A stretch of 64,000 nucleotides of DNA from Octopus sinensis (GCF_006345805.1 NC_043001.1:14632001-14696000), one strand, 5' to 3'; counted from the first letter of the stretch, positions 38,093-50,729 are shown. Numbers and translations: made by a program. Notes: a model not told the origin generated them from the sequence alone.

Positions 38093-38127
38093 ATTTCTGA
38101 CGAAGAGCTCAGCTCGAAATGTTAAAT
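38093..38127 (+). ncRNA. Minimal type-I hammerhead ribozyme motif
   Basis: ATTT-CTGACGA-A-GAGC[TCA]GCTC-GAAA-TG-TT|AAAT; stem III is probably ACGT decayed by CpG transition; one extra A after the core. Confidence 0.6.
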
Positions 38128-38209
38128 CCTCCTTCTTTCTTTCCTTTCCTGAGCGTCCATTAACACTATATTTGTTCCACGTCCTCGCGTTGTGTTTTCA
38201 CGTTTGGAT

Positions 38210-38251
<42 letters not shown>

Positions 38252-38462
38252 ATATAGGAAACATGTATTTTGTGGTTGAAACCTTTTGGATTTTCTAGTG
38301 CTAGAATGAGCCACATAGTGACCATTCTCTTATATTATTTTGTATAAAATATTATATATATTATAAAATATTATAATAATCCAGGTTTCTCGAGGCACTG
38401 GGCCACTTGGTGTTGAATGGATATGCTATTAAATTAGTATCTAATTCTCTCACCCTTATTAA

Positions 38463-38510
<48 letters not shown>

Positions 38511-38604
38511 CATACATACATATATATACATACATACATATACATATATATACATATATATATACATACATATATATACATATATATATATATATATACA
38601 TACA

Positions 38605-38645
<41 letters not shown>

Positions 38646-39102
38646 TACGCATACATGTACGCATACGCAGTCACACATACAGGTAAACGAATGCGCATTT
38701 TTGCGAACGCGAATGATTGTAGATGCACACACACACAAACACACAGACAGAGTTACACACACACACATCCAAAGCTCTACAGATATAATTATAGTTCAAA
38801 GAATCACTTCGATTGGGAATTGGATATCATTCGATCCTCCCTCTTTGTACCTTCCTTGTTACGTTGGTGACGAATGTTTTCAAACACAACGAAAGACAAA
38901 TTTATATCTTTCAGCGCCACTTCAAACGTTTTTGGGTCGTGTGTGTGCATGTACATATACATCCGTATTTGCACACAACTCCACGCACATATTTACGTGT
39001 CTACAAACACAAACATACACACATACACGCACACTTCTGTACGTGGATATGTGTGTCTGTGTGTGTGTATACATGTACGCACACACAGACACACACACAT
39101 AT

Positions 39103-39155
<53 letters not shown>

Positions 39156-39161
39156 ATATAT

Positions 39162-39162
<1 letters not shown>

Positions 39163-39195
<33 letters not shown>

Positions 39196-39231
39196 TGACA
39201 GATAGACAGACAGATAGACAGATAGACAGAC

Positions 39232-39284
<53 letters not shown>

Positions 39285-39315
39285 AACAGACAGATAGACA
39301 GACAGACAGACAGAC

Positions 39316-39362
<47 letters not shown>

Positions 39363-39365
39363 GAG
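39163..39365. repeat. (GATA)n/(GACA)n tetranucleotide array
   Basis: Direct reading. Confidence 0.95.
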
Positions 39366-39779
39366 AAAGATACATTATTTACATTATTTACATTTGATGG
39401 ATATTTGTCCTCATCTTATTTGGTAACACGTTTCAGGTGATATACCTTCCAGCCTTTATAGATAAATAATTAGACAGACAGACAGATACATACATACATA
39501 CATACATAAATACATGCATGCATGCATACATACATACATGCATACATGCATACATACATGCATACATGCATACATACATTGTAGGTGCATCATAGGTTAT
39601 ACACCTAAAACATTTCACAAAAACCCATAAATACTTGGTTTTTCAAAGAAAGAGCAAAAGAAATCGACACGGATTCTCCAAATCCAATCTATTTGTGGCT
39701 CTGTGAAGATTTCTGAGACGTTCCAAAGATTCTTCATCTGAGATTGTTTAGGTGAAGAGCTGCACACATTTGGGTGTAT

Positions 39780-39870
39780 ACATCGGCACCACCAACGCAA
39801 CCATATATTTACAAACACCAGGAACTCTCTTAATTCAAAAAGTCTTGTCACTTTGTTAGCAACTGGCTTG
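39780..39870 (-). pseudogene. Possible hAT (Buster/Charlie) transposase remnant
   Basis: ANKVTRLFELREFLVF resembles the hAT motif RGKVLxRLFELREExxxFL; flanks do not extend the match. Confidence 0.3.
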
Positions 39871-39914
39871 AACTCTCTTGAGAACTTAAAATTCATGCAT
39901 ACACCTCCCTCCCA

Positions 39915-40130
39915 CCCTTCCTATTTCTTTACTACCCACAAGGGGCTAAACGCAGAGAGGACAAACAATGACAGACAAACGGATTAAGTCGATTATAACG
40001 ACCCCAGTGCGTAACTGGTACTTATTTAATTGACCCTGAAAGGATGAAAGGCAAAGTTGACCTCAGCGGAATTTAAACTTAAAACGTAGCCACATCCGAA
40101 ATACTGCAAAGCATTCACCCAGCTAACCTT
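39915..40130 (-). mobile_element. SINE family B
   Basis: Reverse-complement body. Confidence 0.8.
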
Positions 40131-40577
40131 TCTGCCACATATTCGGTCAGAAGGTCGAGGTAAACATCTGCAGTAATTGTTGCCTCGAAGAAAAATGGAC
40201 TAATGGATTAATTATTCGATTGCACGTGATTCCACACCACACATTCACTTTTGGACTATCCTGTTGAAGCTCCCTAGTCCCATGGGGGTGTTCTGATCCC
40301 CAGATTCTCACATTGTGTCTGTTTAATTTCCCTGAAACAGAAAAAGTCGCCTCATCACTAAAACAAACTCACTTGAGGAATACTTCATCCTCATTTTATA
40401 GGGGTTCAGTGAATCAGTTCCCTTCCATCAACAGAGTATCTGAAACACAAACATTTAATATCAATAAAAACTTTAATAAACAATTATTAAAATAAAACAA
40501 ATCTGGTTAAAATATCTCATCAACTGCCTTTGTAATAATTTTTTTTAATTGTAAAGAGACTTTATGGACACCCTGTA
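40131..40577 (-). pseudogene. Internally deleted Tc1/mariner-superfamily element with catalytic-domain fragment
   Basis: TIR CAGGGTGTCCATAAAGTCTCTTTACAATT at 40577 next to TA; 40392-40131 encodes CFSDEATFSVSGKLNRHNVRIWGSEHP...DSPKVNVWCG..PFFFEATITADVYLDLLTEYVA with one frameshift. Confidence 0.8.
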
Positions 40578-40849
40578 TATGTTTGGCCAAGTCAGACTAA
40601 GCTGTTAGCTTAAAGCGTTGCATCGATATTGCAATGAGACTTGGGAATAGAAATACTTCACATCTTCCTCCTCCACCCTCAGGTCAGTCACATCCGTATA
40701 GCAACGTGTTCGTCGGCTTTCTTTGGTTTGCATTTCTACAGAATTCTTTCTTACTCTCCGTTTGGAAAACAACAGAGTGCTGACTACTGTTGCATTGCTG
40801 CTGGTGCACCGTTGTTTTAGTGCATCAGCAAAGACAGGATAACGATGCG

Positions 40850-41210
40850 GATGACGACGACGGCGATGATGATGATGATGATGACAACGATGATGGTGAT
40901 GATGATGATGATAGCGATTGTGGTGGTATTGGTAGTGGTGGTGTTGGTGGTGGTGGTGGTGGTGGTGGTGGTGGTGACGATGATGATGGCGATTGTGGTG
41001 GTGTTGGTGCTGGTGGTGGGGTGATGGTAGTGGTGGTGATGATGATGATGGCGATTGTGGTGGTGTTGGTTGTGGTGGTGGTGGTGATGATGATGATGAT
41101 GATGATGAAAGTGATGGTGGTGGTGATGATGATGATGATGAAGATTATAATGATTGGGGCGATGTTGGTGATGATGATGATGATGATGATGAAGATGATG
41201 ATGTGGCTGA
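40850..41210. repeat. Compound (GAT)n/(GGT)n tract with three GCGATTGTGGTGGT modules
   Basis: Modules at 40914, 40989 and 41051. Confidence 0.9.
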
Positions 41211-42224
41211 TCCCTGTCTCTAAAACTGAGGATCAATAAAGACTTCGTGAATACATTTAAACCCACCACCACCACCACCACCACCACCACCTCTGCCACC
41301 ACCATCCGCCATCATTGCCTGAATGCTGAGCTCAGCTTTGTCCTACTTCAGTTCTGACTCATAGACAACGTTCCCCTTATAATTTATTCTGGGGGATAAA
41401 ATGCCCAATCAACCAAACTAATGAATATTGAACTCTCCACCAATCTTTCTGCAGACAATCTTAAACAATTGATTGTTAATTGATTTCTCTTCATTACATA
41501 CAAGCTCGGTCTTGGCTGCAGTGAGATATCGCCGATTCAGTGGAACCAAGTTGATGTGTGTGTGTACATGTGTGTGTGCGTGTGTGTGTGTATGTGTGTG
41601 AGCACATGTATATGTTTGTATATATATACTCATATCTATGCAAACAGTCATCCATATATATATTACTTCAAATATACCGTAAATGGTCCTTTTACATACC
41701 AAATACTGCTTGGTCGAATTGATTAACAATTAATTAATTCTACCCTTTTTTACTGACAATATAATGCTTTCTCTCCAAGAATTTGAACTACAGTTTTCGC
41801 CTCTGTAGAAATGCACTACTCTATGACTCACGTGGGTGGACAGGGAGAATAATAGATCTCATTTGTATTTTTGGATTCGCTAGTACTGGGTGTCCAGCAT
41901 AGTTTGTCCGATGTTACAGATATCGGATGGGTATGTTTGGTTCTTAGTATTTTCAAATCCAAATCAGAAGAAATCTCTGAGCTGATGAAGGAAAAGTGGC
42001 GTTTAACCCACGAATCCAGAAACAGGCTGTTCTCGGGTATCTTATATGGATGTGATCTTTCATTGTTTTTCCCTTATACCTATGTGAGTTATTTTCTGAG
42101 TATGCATTGTCTGGAGACTTTTACTTGCAGTTGAAGAAATAGCCAAATTTTTGGCTGCTATTTCTGAAAAGTTCGGTGTGCGGTAAAGTGAATTTTTTTA
42201 CTTTACCATATTTTTATAAATTAA

Positions 42225-42263
<39 letters not shown>

Positions 42264-42269
<6 letters not shown>

Positions 42270-42819
42270 GGACCAAAATGACCTGACACATTTGGAGGCT
42301 TAATAAAAGCACAAAATAAGAAATAATGAAAAGGAAAATTTTATTTTCTGAATGTACATATAATGCCATTTTATTTCATTAAGTTTTAAAAATTAAATCA
42401 GCTAAATGCTTCCCGTCATTGTCAACACACTGTTGGAAGACGTTCATGAAAGTTATCGATAACTCTATGGATCATTTCTTCTGGAATGGTGAAATGTGAT
42501 TTCTTCTTTTGAAGATATTCAAAATCAAAAGTACTCAGTCATCGCCTTCGATCTATTGATGAATTAAAACGTGCAATTTGTGTAGAAATAGCAACCATTC
42601 CAGAAGAAATGATCCATAGAGTTATCGATAACTTTCATGAACGTCTCCAACAGTGTGTTAACAATGATGGGAAGCATTTAGCTGATTTAATTCTTAAAAC
42701 TTAATTAAATAAAATGGCATTATATGTACATTCAGAAAATAATTTTTTTCTTTTCATTATTTCTTTTTTTGTGCTTATATTAAGCCTCCAAATGTGTCAG
42801 ATCATTTTGGTCCACCCTG
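42264..42819. mobile_element. Tc1/mariner-derived palindromic MITE (~227-bp arms)
   Basis: AGGGTGGACCAAAATGA...TCATTTTGGTCCACCCTG|TA. 42495-42704 encodes CDFF*RYSKSKV...IDELKRAICVEIATIPEEMIHRVIDNFHERLQQCVNNDGKHLADLILKT*, a transposase C-terminus. Confidence 0.9.
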
Positions 42820-42835
42820 TATTATTGTCATTCAT

Positions 42836-43085
42836 GGAGGCACGTGGCTTAGTGGTTAGGGTGTCAGCATCATGATCGTAAGATTGTGGTTTCGATTCCT
42901 GGACCGGGCGACGCGCTTTGTTCTTCAGCAAAACATTTCATTTCACGTTGCTCCAGTCCACTCAGCTGGCAAAAATGAGTAACGCTACAATGGACTGGCG
43001 TCCCGTTCGGCTGGGGAACACATAATCCACAGAAACCGGGAAACCAGGCCCATGAGCCTGGCTAGGCTTTAAAAACAAGGGCCCA
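42836..43085 (+). mobile_element. SINE family C variant
   Basis: GGAGGCACGTGGCTTAGTGGTTAGGG head, GGTTTCGATTCC B-box, CTCCAGTCCACTCAGCTGGC block. Confidence 0.85.
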
Positions 43086-43497
43086 TTTATTTTATTATTG
43101 TCATTCAATCGTTTTGAGTCTCAGACTTACCAGAGTTCATTCTTAAGAAAAGTTCCTTTAAAACACTGCGTGCTTAAGGAACCGTAAAAGAACCTCAAGA
43201 AACACTTGTAGCTGGAAAATGAGTAGTGAGTATTAAATTAAACTAAAATTCTTTCATATGGTGGGATGAAGGGGACTACTATCTCTAAATAACATATATG
43301 GATCCTCATTGAGAATAATTTGAACCCCTGTGATGCCGGAATTTTTATTCCCTAATAAATATAATAAAATATATATATATATATATACACACACCCACAC
43401 AAACACACATACATATATTCAGCTATAGATATATATATGTGTGTAAGTATGTATGTATGTATGAACGAATGGTTCCTCACCTACGTAATTCACTTAC

Positions 43498-43551
43498 TTT
43501 GACGTTGCCCGGATGACCGAGCGTGACAAAAAAAAAATCACCAAATACCAG
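43498..43551 (-). CDS. Candidate 54-nt exon (LVFGDFFFVTLGHPGNVK)
   Basis: TTCACTCAG acceptor, AAA|GTAAGT donor, phase 0-0 open frame. Confidence 0.2.
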
Positions 43552-43584
43552 CTGAGTGAATCACCAACTGCTTTCTGTAAGGAA

Positions 43585-43980
43585 GGCAGGAACATAGTGT
43601 GGTAAGTAGCTTGCTTACCAACCACATGGTTCTGGGTTCAGTCCCACTGCGTGGCACCTTGGGCATGTGACTTCTACTATAGCCTCGGGCTGACCTAAGC
43701 CATGTGAGTGGATTTGGTAGACGGAAACTGAAAGAAGCCCATCGTATATATGTATATGTATATATATGTGTGTGTGTTTGTGTGTCTGTGTTTGTTCCCC
43801 CAACATCGCTTGACAACCGATGCTGCTGTGTTTACGTCCCCATAACTTAGCGGTTCAGCAAAAGAGACCGAGAGAATAAATACTGGGCTTACAAAGAATA
43901 AGTCCTGGGGTCGATTTGCTTGACTAAAGGCAGTGCTCCAGCATGGCCATGGTGAAATAACTGAAACAAGTAAAAGAGGG
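43585..43980 (+). mobile_element. SINE family A, full length
   Basis: Consensus organisation. Confidence 0.9.
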
Positions 43981-44184
43981 ATTGGAGCACTACAACATGG
44001 TTTCTATTCTCAGTATATCTGGCTCCCACCTATTGTGTGCGTGTGTATTTATAAACAAATAACAACATGGATAGGGGTTTACTCACTACGGCTGCTTAAG
44101 AACCCCAAATCATCGGGTTGTAAGGTGAGCTTCTCAACCACACAGCCCTGCCTGCGCCAATGTATATAATTGGGTGAACAATAC

Positions 44185-44416
44185 TTATTTCTTTATTACC
44201 CACAAGGGGCTAAACACAGAGGGGACAAACAAGGACAGACATAGGTATTAAGTCGATTACATCGACCCCAGTGCATAACTGGTACTTAATTTATCGACCC
44301 CGAGAGGATGAAAGGCAAAGTTGACCTCGGCGGAATTTGAACTCACAATGTAACGCAGACAAAATACCGCTAAACATTTCGCCCGGCGTGCTAACGTTTC
44401 TGCCAGCTCGCCGCCT
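44185..44416 (-). mobile_element. SINE family B, full length
   Basis: Reverse complement of the 28829 copy. Confidence 0.9.
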
Positions 44417-44934
44417 TTTTGGGTGAACAATACTACCATTTGTTTTAGGTTTTACAATGGAATCCTTTCTACTTCATTGGCTCTCTTATGACAAAGAGTT
44501 ATCTGTGCAACTCGGGTACCATAAATATCCTTCTGTTATATCCTTCTGTTATATCTGCATGATGCACCGAATTAACGAGCTTTATCGGCACCTGCACAAA
44601 CACGTGCACACACACACACACAGACATACACACACACACACATACACACACGCACATGCTCACATACATAAATGGATCTCGATCAAATCAGTTTCCAACC
44701 ATCAGAGTTCTGGGGGTGGGTCATTATGATAAAGTTTCTAGTAATTAAGTAATAATCTGCATCCTTAGATAATAATGACCACACAATAGATAATGTCTCC
44801 ATTTATATATTGTTTCATGCACAATGTCTGTTTCTATTGTCCGGGAAAACATTTCTGTAAGGACGTATGAGACACTTAAAAATTGTGAGTATAGAAGACA
44901 ATGAGAGTGACCCAGTTAAATCTGTTCCGTGACA

Positions 44935-45720
44935 TCTCTTTTACTCTTTTACTTGTTTCGGTCATTTGACTGTGGCCATGCTGGAGCACCACCTTTAGTC
45001 GAGCAAATCGACCCCAGCACTTATTCTTTGTAAGCCTAGTACTTATTCTATCGGTCTCTTTTACCGAACCGTTAGGTTATGGGGACATAAACACACCAGC
45101 ATCGGTTGTCAAGCAATGTTGGGGGGACAAACACAGACACACAAACATATACACACACACTCACACACACATATATACACACTAGCAGTATCGCCCGGCG
45201 TTGCTCAGGTTTGTAAGGGAAATAACTATAAAGCATTTTTAGAGAGTTATAGCCAAAAAATAGCAAAAAAATGGAAAAAAAATGATGGTAAATTTTTTTG
45301 AGAGTTAAAAAAGGTGGAGTTGCGTCCCCCTAGACGGTCTGTGGTTTGGATTTCTGATTCTCGACCCCATGTCGAATTTATCGATTTTTTTCAGAACTGG
45401 GGGAACTTTTCAAAATTTTCGCTGCGTTAGTTTTGAATTATGACATTGGGCTATGTGTGTGTCAAGTTTCATCAGAATCGGTTGAAAGCCGTGGTCAGAG
45501 TGAGGGTACAAGAAAACAGACACACAGAAAACGCACAGACAAACTGCTGTTTATATAGAGAGAGATTTATACGATGGGCTTCTTTCAGTTTCTGTCTACC
45601 AAATCCACTCACAAGGCCTTGGTCGGCCAGAGGCTATAGTAGAAGACACTTGCTCAAGGTGCCACACAGTGTGAATGAACCCAGAATCATGTGGTTCGTA
45701 AGCAAGCTACTTACCACACA
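44935..45720 (-). mobile_element. SINE family A interrupted by a Helitron
   Basis: Tail and body 44935-45181, head resumes 45566-45720. Confidence 0.85.
45182..45565 (-). mobile_element. Complete non-autonomous Helitron
   Basis: Minus strand A|TCTCTCTCTATATAAAC...GAGCAACGCCGGGCGATACTGCTAG|T: TC start, CTAG end, A/T insertion site, no TSD. Confidence 0.85.
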
Positions 45721-45984
45721 TCCACAACCTCAGCAGAATTTGAACTCAGAACACAAAGACAGACAGTTCGCGCCGCACGTGCTAACATTTCTGCCAGCTC
45801 CCTGCCTTGGAAACTTCAAATTATTAAGAAAGGAAAAGAAATTGTAACATTAATCCATTTCCATGAAGCATCGTCAACAACAGGAGTAAAAAATTTTTTA
45901 AATAAATAAATAGCCTCTAACCAGGAATCAAAACCGTATACCAGATTGGGCTCATTGGGGAAGATAATAATGATAATAATAATG

Positions 45985-46160
45985 AAGAGCACTACACTCA
46001 CGGAGTGGTTGGCGTTAGGAAGGGCATCCAGCCGTAGAAACATTGCCAGATCAGACTGGGCCTGGTGCAGCCTTCTGGCTTCCCAGACCCCAGTTGAACC
46101 GTCCAACCCATGCTAGCATGGAAAACGGACGCTAAATGATGATGATGATGATGATAATGA
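45985..46160 (+). mobile_element. Family D 3' end
   Basis: GGCGTTAGGAAGGGCATCCAGCCGTAG...(GAT)n. Confidence 0.8.
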
Positions 46161-46373
46161 TTATCACTGTGAAAACAGCATCCATTCATGAATTTATTTA
46201 TTTATTAATTTTTTTTTTTAAATACATATTTTACCTGTGAATTTGCACGCACATATGGTTGTGATGCATGTGCCAGGTGTGCCCTTATCAGACAGGTAGT
46301 CCTGATGGGTATACTGGGCTTCGTATATTTTACCCCAGTGTCACTTTGATGGCATGCTCTGCTCTCTCACTCA

Positions 46374-46469
46374 ATAATAATAATAATAACAATAACAACA
46401 ACAACAACAACAAAGATAACAACAATAATAATAGTAATAATAATAATAATAATAGTAATAATAATAATG

Positions 46470-46508
<39 letters not shown>

Positions 46509-46560
46509 GTAATAGTAATAATAATAATAATAATATATAATAATAATAATAATAATAATA

Positions 46561-46594
<34 letters not shown>

Positions 46595-46617
46595 GTAATA
46601 GTAATAATAATATAATA

Positions 46618-46649
<32 letters not shown>

Positions 46650-46655
46650 GTAGTA

Positions 46656-46707
<52 letters not shown>
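46374..46707. repeat. Long (AAT)n microsatellite
   Basis: Direct reading. Confidence 0.95.
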
Positions 46708-46709
<2 letters not shown>

Positions 46710-47319
46710 GCTGACGTCAAATATATTTCTCTCACAGCATAAATCACCTTGAAGCTAATATAAACAAATGTCAAGAATTCCTTTAAGAATTAAGCGTTTT
46801 GTATTATATTCCAGTCAAGACCCAAACACTAACAGTCGGTACCAGTCTGAAAAGACAGTACTAACTGTTAGTACACTGGTGGTTTATTCACTAGTAAAGC
46901 AATACACCAATAGCTGTAGAGTTATAACCAGTGTCTGATGACATCGTAAGAATTAAGTAGCCACGGCTTCCCTGTTTCACGTATCTGCTAGACTCTTCAT
47001 GTGTTAGACTCGTCACACGCAAATTGGAACTGGTTTCTGTTTGCAAGAAGATATGTAAATGTCTCGTTAATTAGCATGTTCGTGTTGATTGACATTTACT
47101 ACAAGATATTAATGTGTTAGGAGCTTATGGCTATTTTTATAGTATTAGGGAGTTGACACAAAGGTACACATACACGCACGAACGTACGTATGTACAACAC
47201 ATACACACACACACACACACACAAGGTGTCCATAAATTATCTTTACAATTTAAATTGTGAAGGTGTGGAAGTTGTAAAGATATATTGTCGGTGTCATAAA
47301 AATTTAGAAAATTTGAGAT

Positions 47320-47555
47320 AAGGTGGCAAGCTGGCAGAAATGTTAGCATGGCAGGCGAAATGCTTAGCAGTATTTCGTCTGCCGTTACGTTCTGAGTTCA
47401 AATTCTGCCAAGGTCAACTTTGCCTTTCATCCTTTCGGGGTCGATAAATTAATTACCAGTTACGCACTGTGGTCGATGTAATAGACTTAATCCCTTTGTC
47501 TGTCCTTGTTTGTCCCCTCTTTGTTTAGACCCTTGTGGGCAATAAAGAAATAAGA
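47320..47555 (+). mobile_element. SINE family B, full length
   Basis: Consensus organisation. Confidence 0.9.
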
Positions 47556-47804
47556 AACTTCGAGAAAATGAAAAAAAAAATTATTTTTGGAAGGGTGAAT
47601 CATGAAGCAGATAAAGCTATGAATAACAGTGTATAAATATTGGTTTTCAAAATCATCTGGATTGAAAAAGTTGAAGGCTGCTCGTGGAACTTGAGCCTAC
47701 ACCTTGTTTAACCATGACAGTCGTTCTACAATCGGGTCAGAGTAGTCCTAATTGGTTTAGCAATTTAAAAAATTTAATTTATTCTTACCAGCAAGAATTT
47801 AAGA

Positions 47805-48130
47805 AGCATTCCGTCGGTTACGACAATGAGGGTCCCAGCTAATTGATACGATCAACGGAACAGCCTGCTCGTGAAATTAGCATGCAAGTGGCTGAGTACT
47901 CCACAGACACGTGTACCCTAACGTAGTTCTCAGGGAGATTCGGCATGACACAGAGTGTGACAAGGCTGGCCCCTTTGAAATACCGGTACTACTCATTTTT
48001 GCCAGCTGAGTGGACTGGAGCAATGTGAAATAAAGTGTCTTGCCCAAGGACACAATGCGTCGCTAAGAATTGAACTCATGACCTTACGATCATGAGCCGA
48101 ATGCCCTAACCACTAAGCCACGTGCCCTCA
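47805..48130 (-). mobile_element. SINE family C, full length
   Basis: Minus-strand head GTGAGGGCACGTGGCTTAGTGGTTAGGG; tail shared with 17740. Confidence 0.85.
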
Positions 48131-48263
48131 CTCCAGTGGGAATAGTATGTTGCTGATGTGAGCCTACTATTCATATGCTATCATTTATAGCATTACTGCC
48201 TTCAAGACACACCGTTTCCTAGTCTGCTATCAAGTTTCATATAATTCATTTGTGCTTTCCAAT

Positions 48264-48800
48264 ATGCCTAGACGAGAAAACTTGAGTGAAGACCAAATAT
48301 TGAAAAGGTTATTGGAATTAGATGAAGAATGGGAAGAAGATGGTTGTGATTCCTTCTATTGCTCTGAAGATGATGGTGAAAGTGATTGTGTGCTGGACAG
48401 TTTAGGTTCCATGTCATCAGATGATGAAGATACTCAAAGACAATTATCTGCAAGCCACCCAATTATGAGTGAGCAATATGGTTCTAGAGACAGGCAAGAA
48501 ATTTGGCATTCTAATCCTCTTACTCAAGTAGCAGTAAGAACTTCGTCTTGTATTATTGTGTGCCAAGAATGTGGACCATCCTATTTTGCTAAAAGGTCTT
48601 GTGATAGCATTGACAAATGTTTTACTATCTTTGTGCACCAGAATCTTCTTGAAATAATTTGTAAATGGACAACTGTTGAAGGTCAGGTTGTTTACAAAAA
48701 TAAATTGAAGGAAATTGATCAGTCTGAGCCAAAGAAATTTATTGGACTGATTATTCTTATAAGTGTTTATAAATTTAAACATGAAAATGTCACACAGTTT
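48264..48800 (+). pseudogene. piggyBac (PGBD-like) transposase 5' fragment
   Basis: Acidic N-terminus, then GPSYFAKRSCDSIDKCFTIF...IICKWT..EG...EIDQSEPKKFIGLIILISVYK, typical of piggyBac N-terminal regions; truncated before the catalytic DDD domain. Confidence 0.8.
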
Positions 48801-48830
48801 TATAGATTTTTCAAAATTATAATGCTGAGA

Positions 48831-48857
48831 TGTTTCCATTATTTTGTCCAACCCCTG
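48831..48857 (-). mobile_element. Isolated Tc1-like terminal inverted repeat
   Basis: CAGGGGTTGGACAAAATAATGGAAACA on the minus strand, adjoining the broken end of the piggyBac fragment. Confidence 0.6.
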
Positions 48858-48905
48858 TTTATATATATATATATCATTTGTAGAAATACATAAATCCAGA
48901 TTAAC

Positions 48906-48938
<33 letters not shown>

Positions 48939-48954
48939 AATATATATAAATATA

Positions 48955-49368
48955 GGCGCAGGAGTGGCTGTGTGGTAAGTAGCTTGCTAACCAACCACAT
49001 GGTTCCAGGTTCAGTACCACTGCGTGGCATCTTGGGCAAGTGTCTTCTGCTATAGCCCCGGGCTGACCAATGCCTTGTGAGTGGATTTGGTAGACGGAAA
49101 CTGAAAGAAGCCTGTCGTATATATGTATATATATATAGGTATGTGTGTGTGTTTGTGTGTCTGTGTTTGTCCCCCTACCATTGCTTGAGAACTGATGCTG
49201 GTGTGTTTATGTCCCCGTTACTTAGCGGTTCGGCAAAAGAGACCAATAGAATAAGTACTGGGCTTACAAAGAATAAGTCCCGGGGTCGATTTGCTCGACT
49301 AAAGGCAGTGCTCTAGCAAGGCTGCAGTCAAATGACTGAAACAAGTAAAAGAGTAAAAGAGTAAAAAG
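48955..49368 (+). mobile_element. SINE family A, full length
   Basis: Consensus organisation. Confidence 0.9.
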
Positions 49369-49552
49369 AGCTATTTAAAATGCAAAATTATATTTTTTTA
49401 TATACGTTTTGTAATTTTAATCTTATTTGAGAAATGAAACAATTGTTAGTTAATATGTTGATTAATTAATAAATTAATTTGTATCCATTAGATCTCTCTG
49501 TTTTCTAACCCAACACACACACACACACATACACACATATTGGTTTTCCTAG

Positions 49553-49600
49553 AAAAGTGCCTATAAGAAGTACTGGAAGACCAGGAAAAGGGCATGAAAA
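49553..49600 (+). CDS. Candidate 48-nt exon (KVPIRSTGRPGKGHE)
   Basis: TTGGTTTTCCTAG acceptor, AA|GTGAGT donor, symmetric phase 2-2, one open frame. Confidence 0.25.
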
Positions 49601-50729
49601 GTGAGTAGATTTGCCCACAAACCCACACATACCCTTCTATGGAAAAAAGACTGGTTTGCAAGCCAGATTCTCACAAATTGGTAGCTACACTACCATAGTT
49701 CTTAGTCTTGTAGAGTGGGATTCCTGCATTCTACTTTCAAATGGAACTGTGGCTATTTGAGTACTGCATACACTCGACTATAAAACCCCCTCGTCTACAA
49801 GATGCACCTCTGACTTACAAGGTTCAAATCGAGAGTTTTATCATTGACCCAACTATAAGTCCCAGCGGCTTTTTTTGCAGCTAGATTCAAATGCGACTTC
49901 GCATATTCAACAACTTTCAGCCTGAAAGTGATATCATACGAATACCTATTTCTATTCATGTTAAATAAGATGGCGTCGAATTAAAGAAATCCAATTACGA
50001 TACAAAAACGAACAGGCATAGTAGTGGCTGTGTGGTAAGTAGCTTGCTTACGAACCACATGGTTCCGGGTTCAGTCCCACTGCGTGGCACCTTGGGCAAG
50101 TGTCTTCTACTATAGCCTCGTGCTGACCAAAGCCTTGTGAGTGGATTTGGTAGATGGAAACTGAAAGAAGCCCATCGTATATATATATATATATATATGG
50201 AGTGATTGGCGTTAGGAAGGGCATCCACTGCCAGATCAGTATGGAGCCTGGTGCAGCCTCCTGGCTTCCCAGACCCCGGTCGAACCATCCAACTCGTGCT
50301 AGCACGGAAAACAGACGTTAAACGATGATGATGATGGTGATGATATGTGTGTGTGTGTGTGTCTGTGTTTGTCCTCCCAACATCGCTTGATAACCAATGC
50401 TGGTGTGTTCACGTCCCTATAACTTACCGGTTCAGCAAAAGGAAACCGGTAGAATAAGTACTAGGCTTACAAAGGCTAAGTCCTGAGATCGATTTGCTCA
50501 ACTAAAGGCAGTGCTCCAGCATGGCCACAGTCAAATGAGTGAAACAAGTAAAAGAGTAAGCTTTAAATTCACTTTTTAAAATTTAACTGTTTATTTCATA
50601 CTAACAAAAGTAAAGAAATACCTAAACATCATCTTCCTTGTACTTCTTGGCTTCAGAATTAACGATTCAGGTGTTTTCGGTTATTCCAAGTGTTGGAACT
50701 TCAGATGTGGCTTGTACCTAGAAAATATC

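Noticed and set aside
39425-39462. Hammerhead at minus-strand GGCTG...CACCTGAAACGTG
   Set aside because: The CUGANGA core is absent; at best a decayed remnant.
46930-46990. CTGATGA at about 46936 as a hammerhead core (also about 41982)
   Set aside because: No downstream stem II-GAAA-NUH arrangement with stem I pairing.
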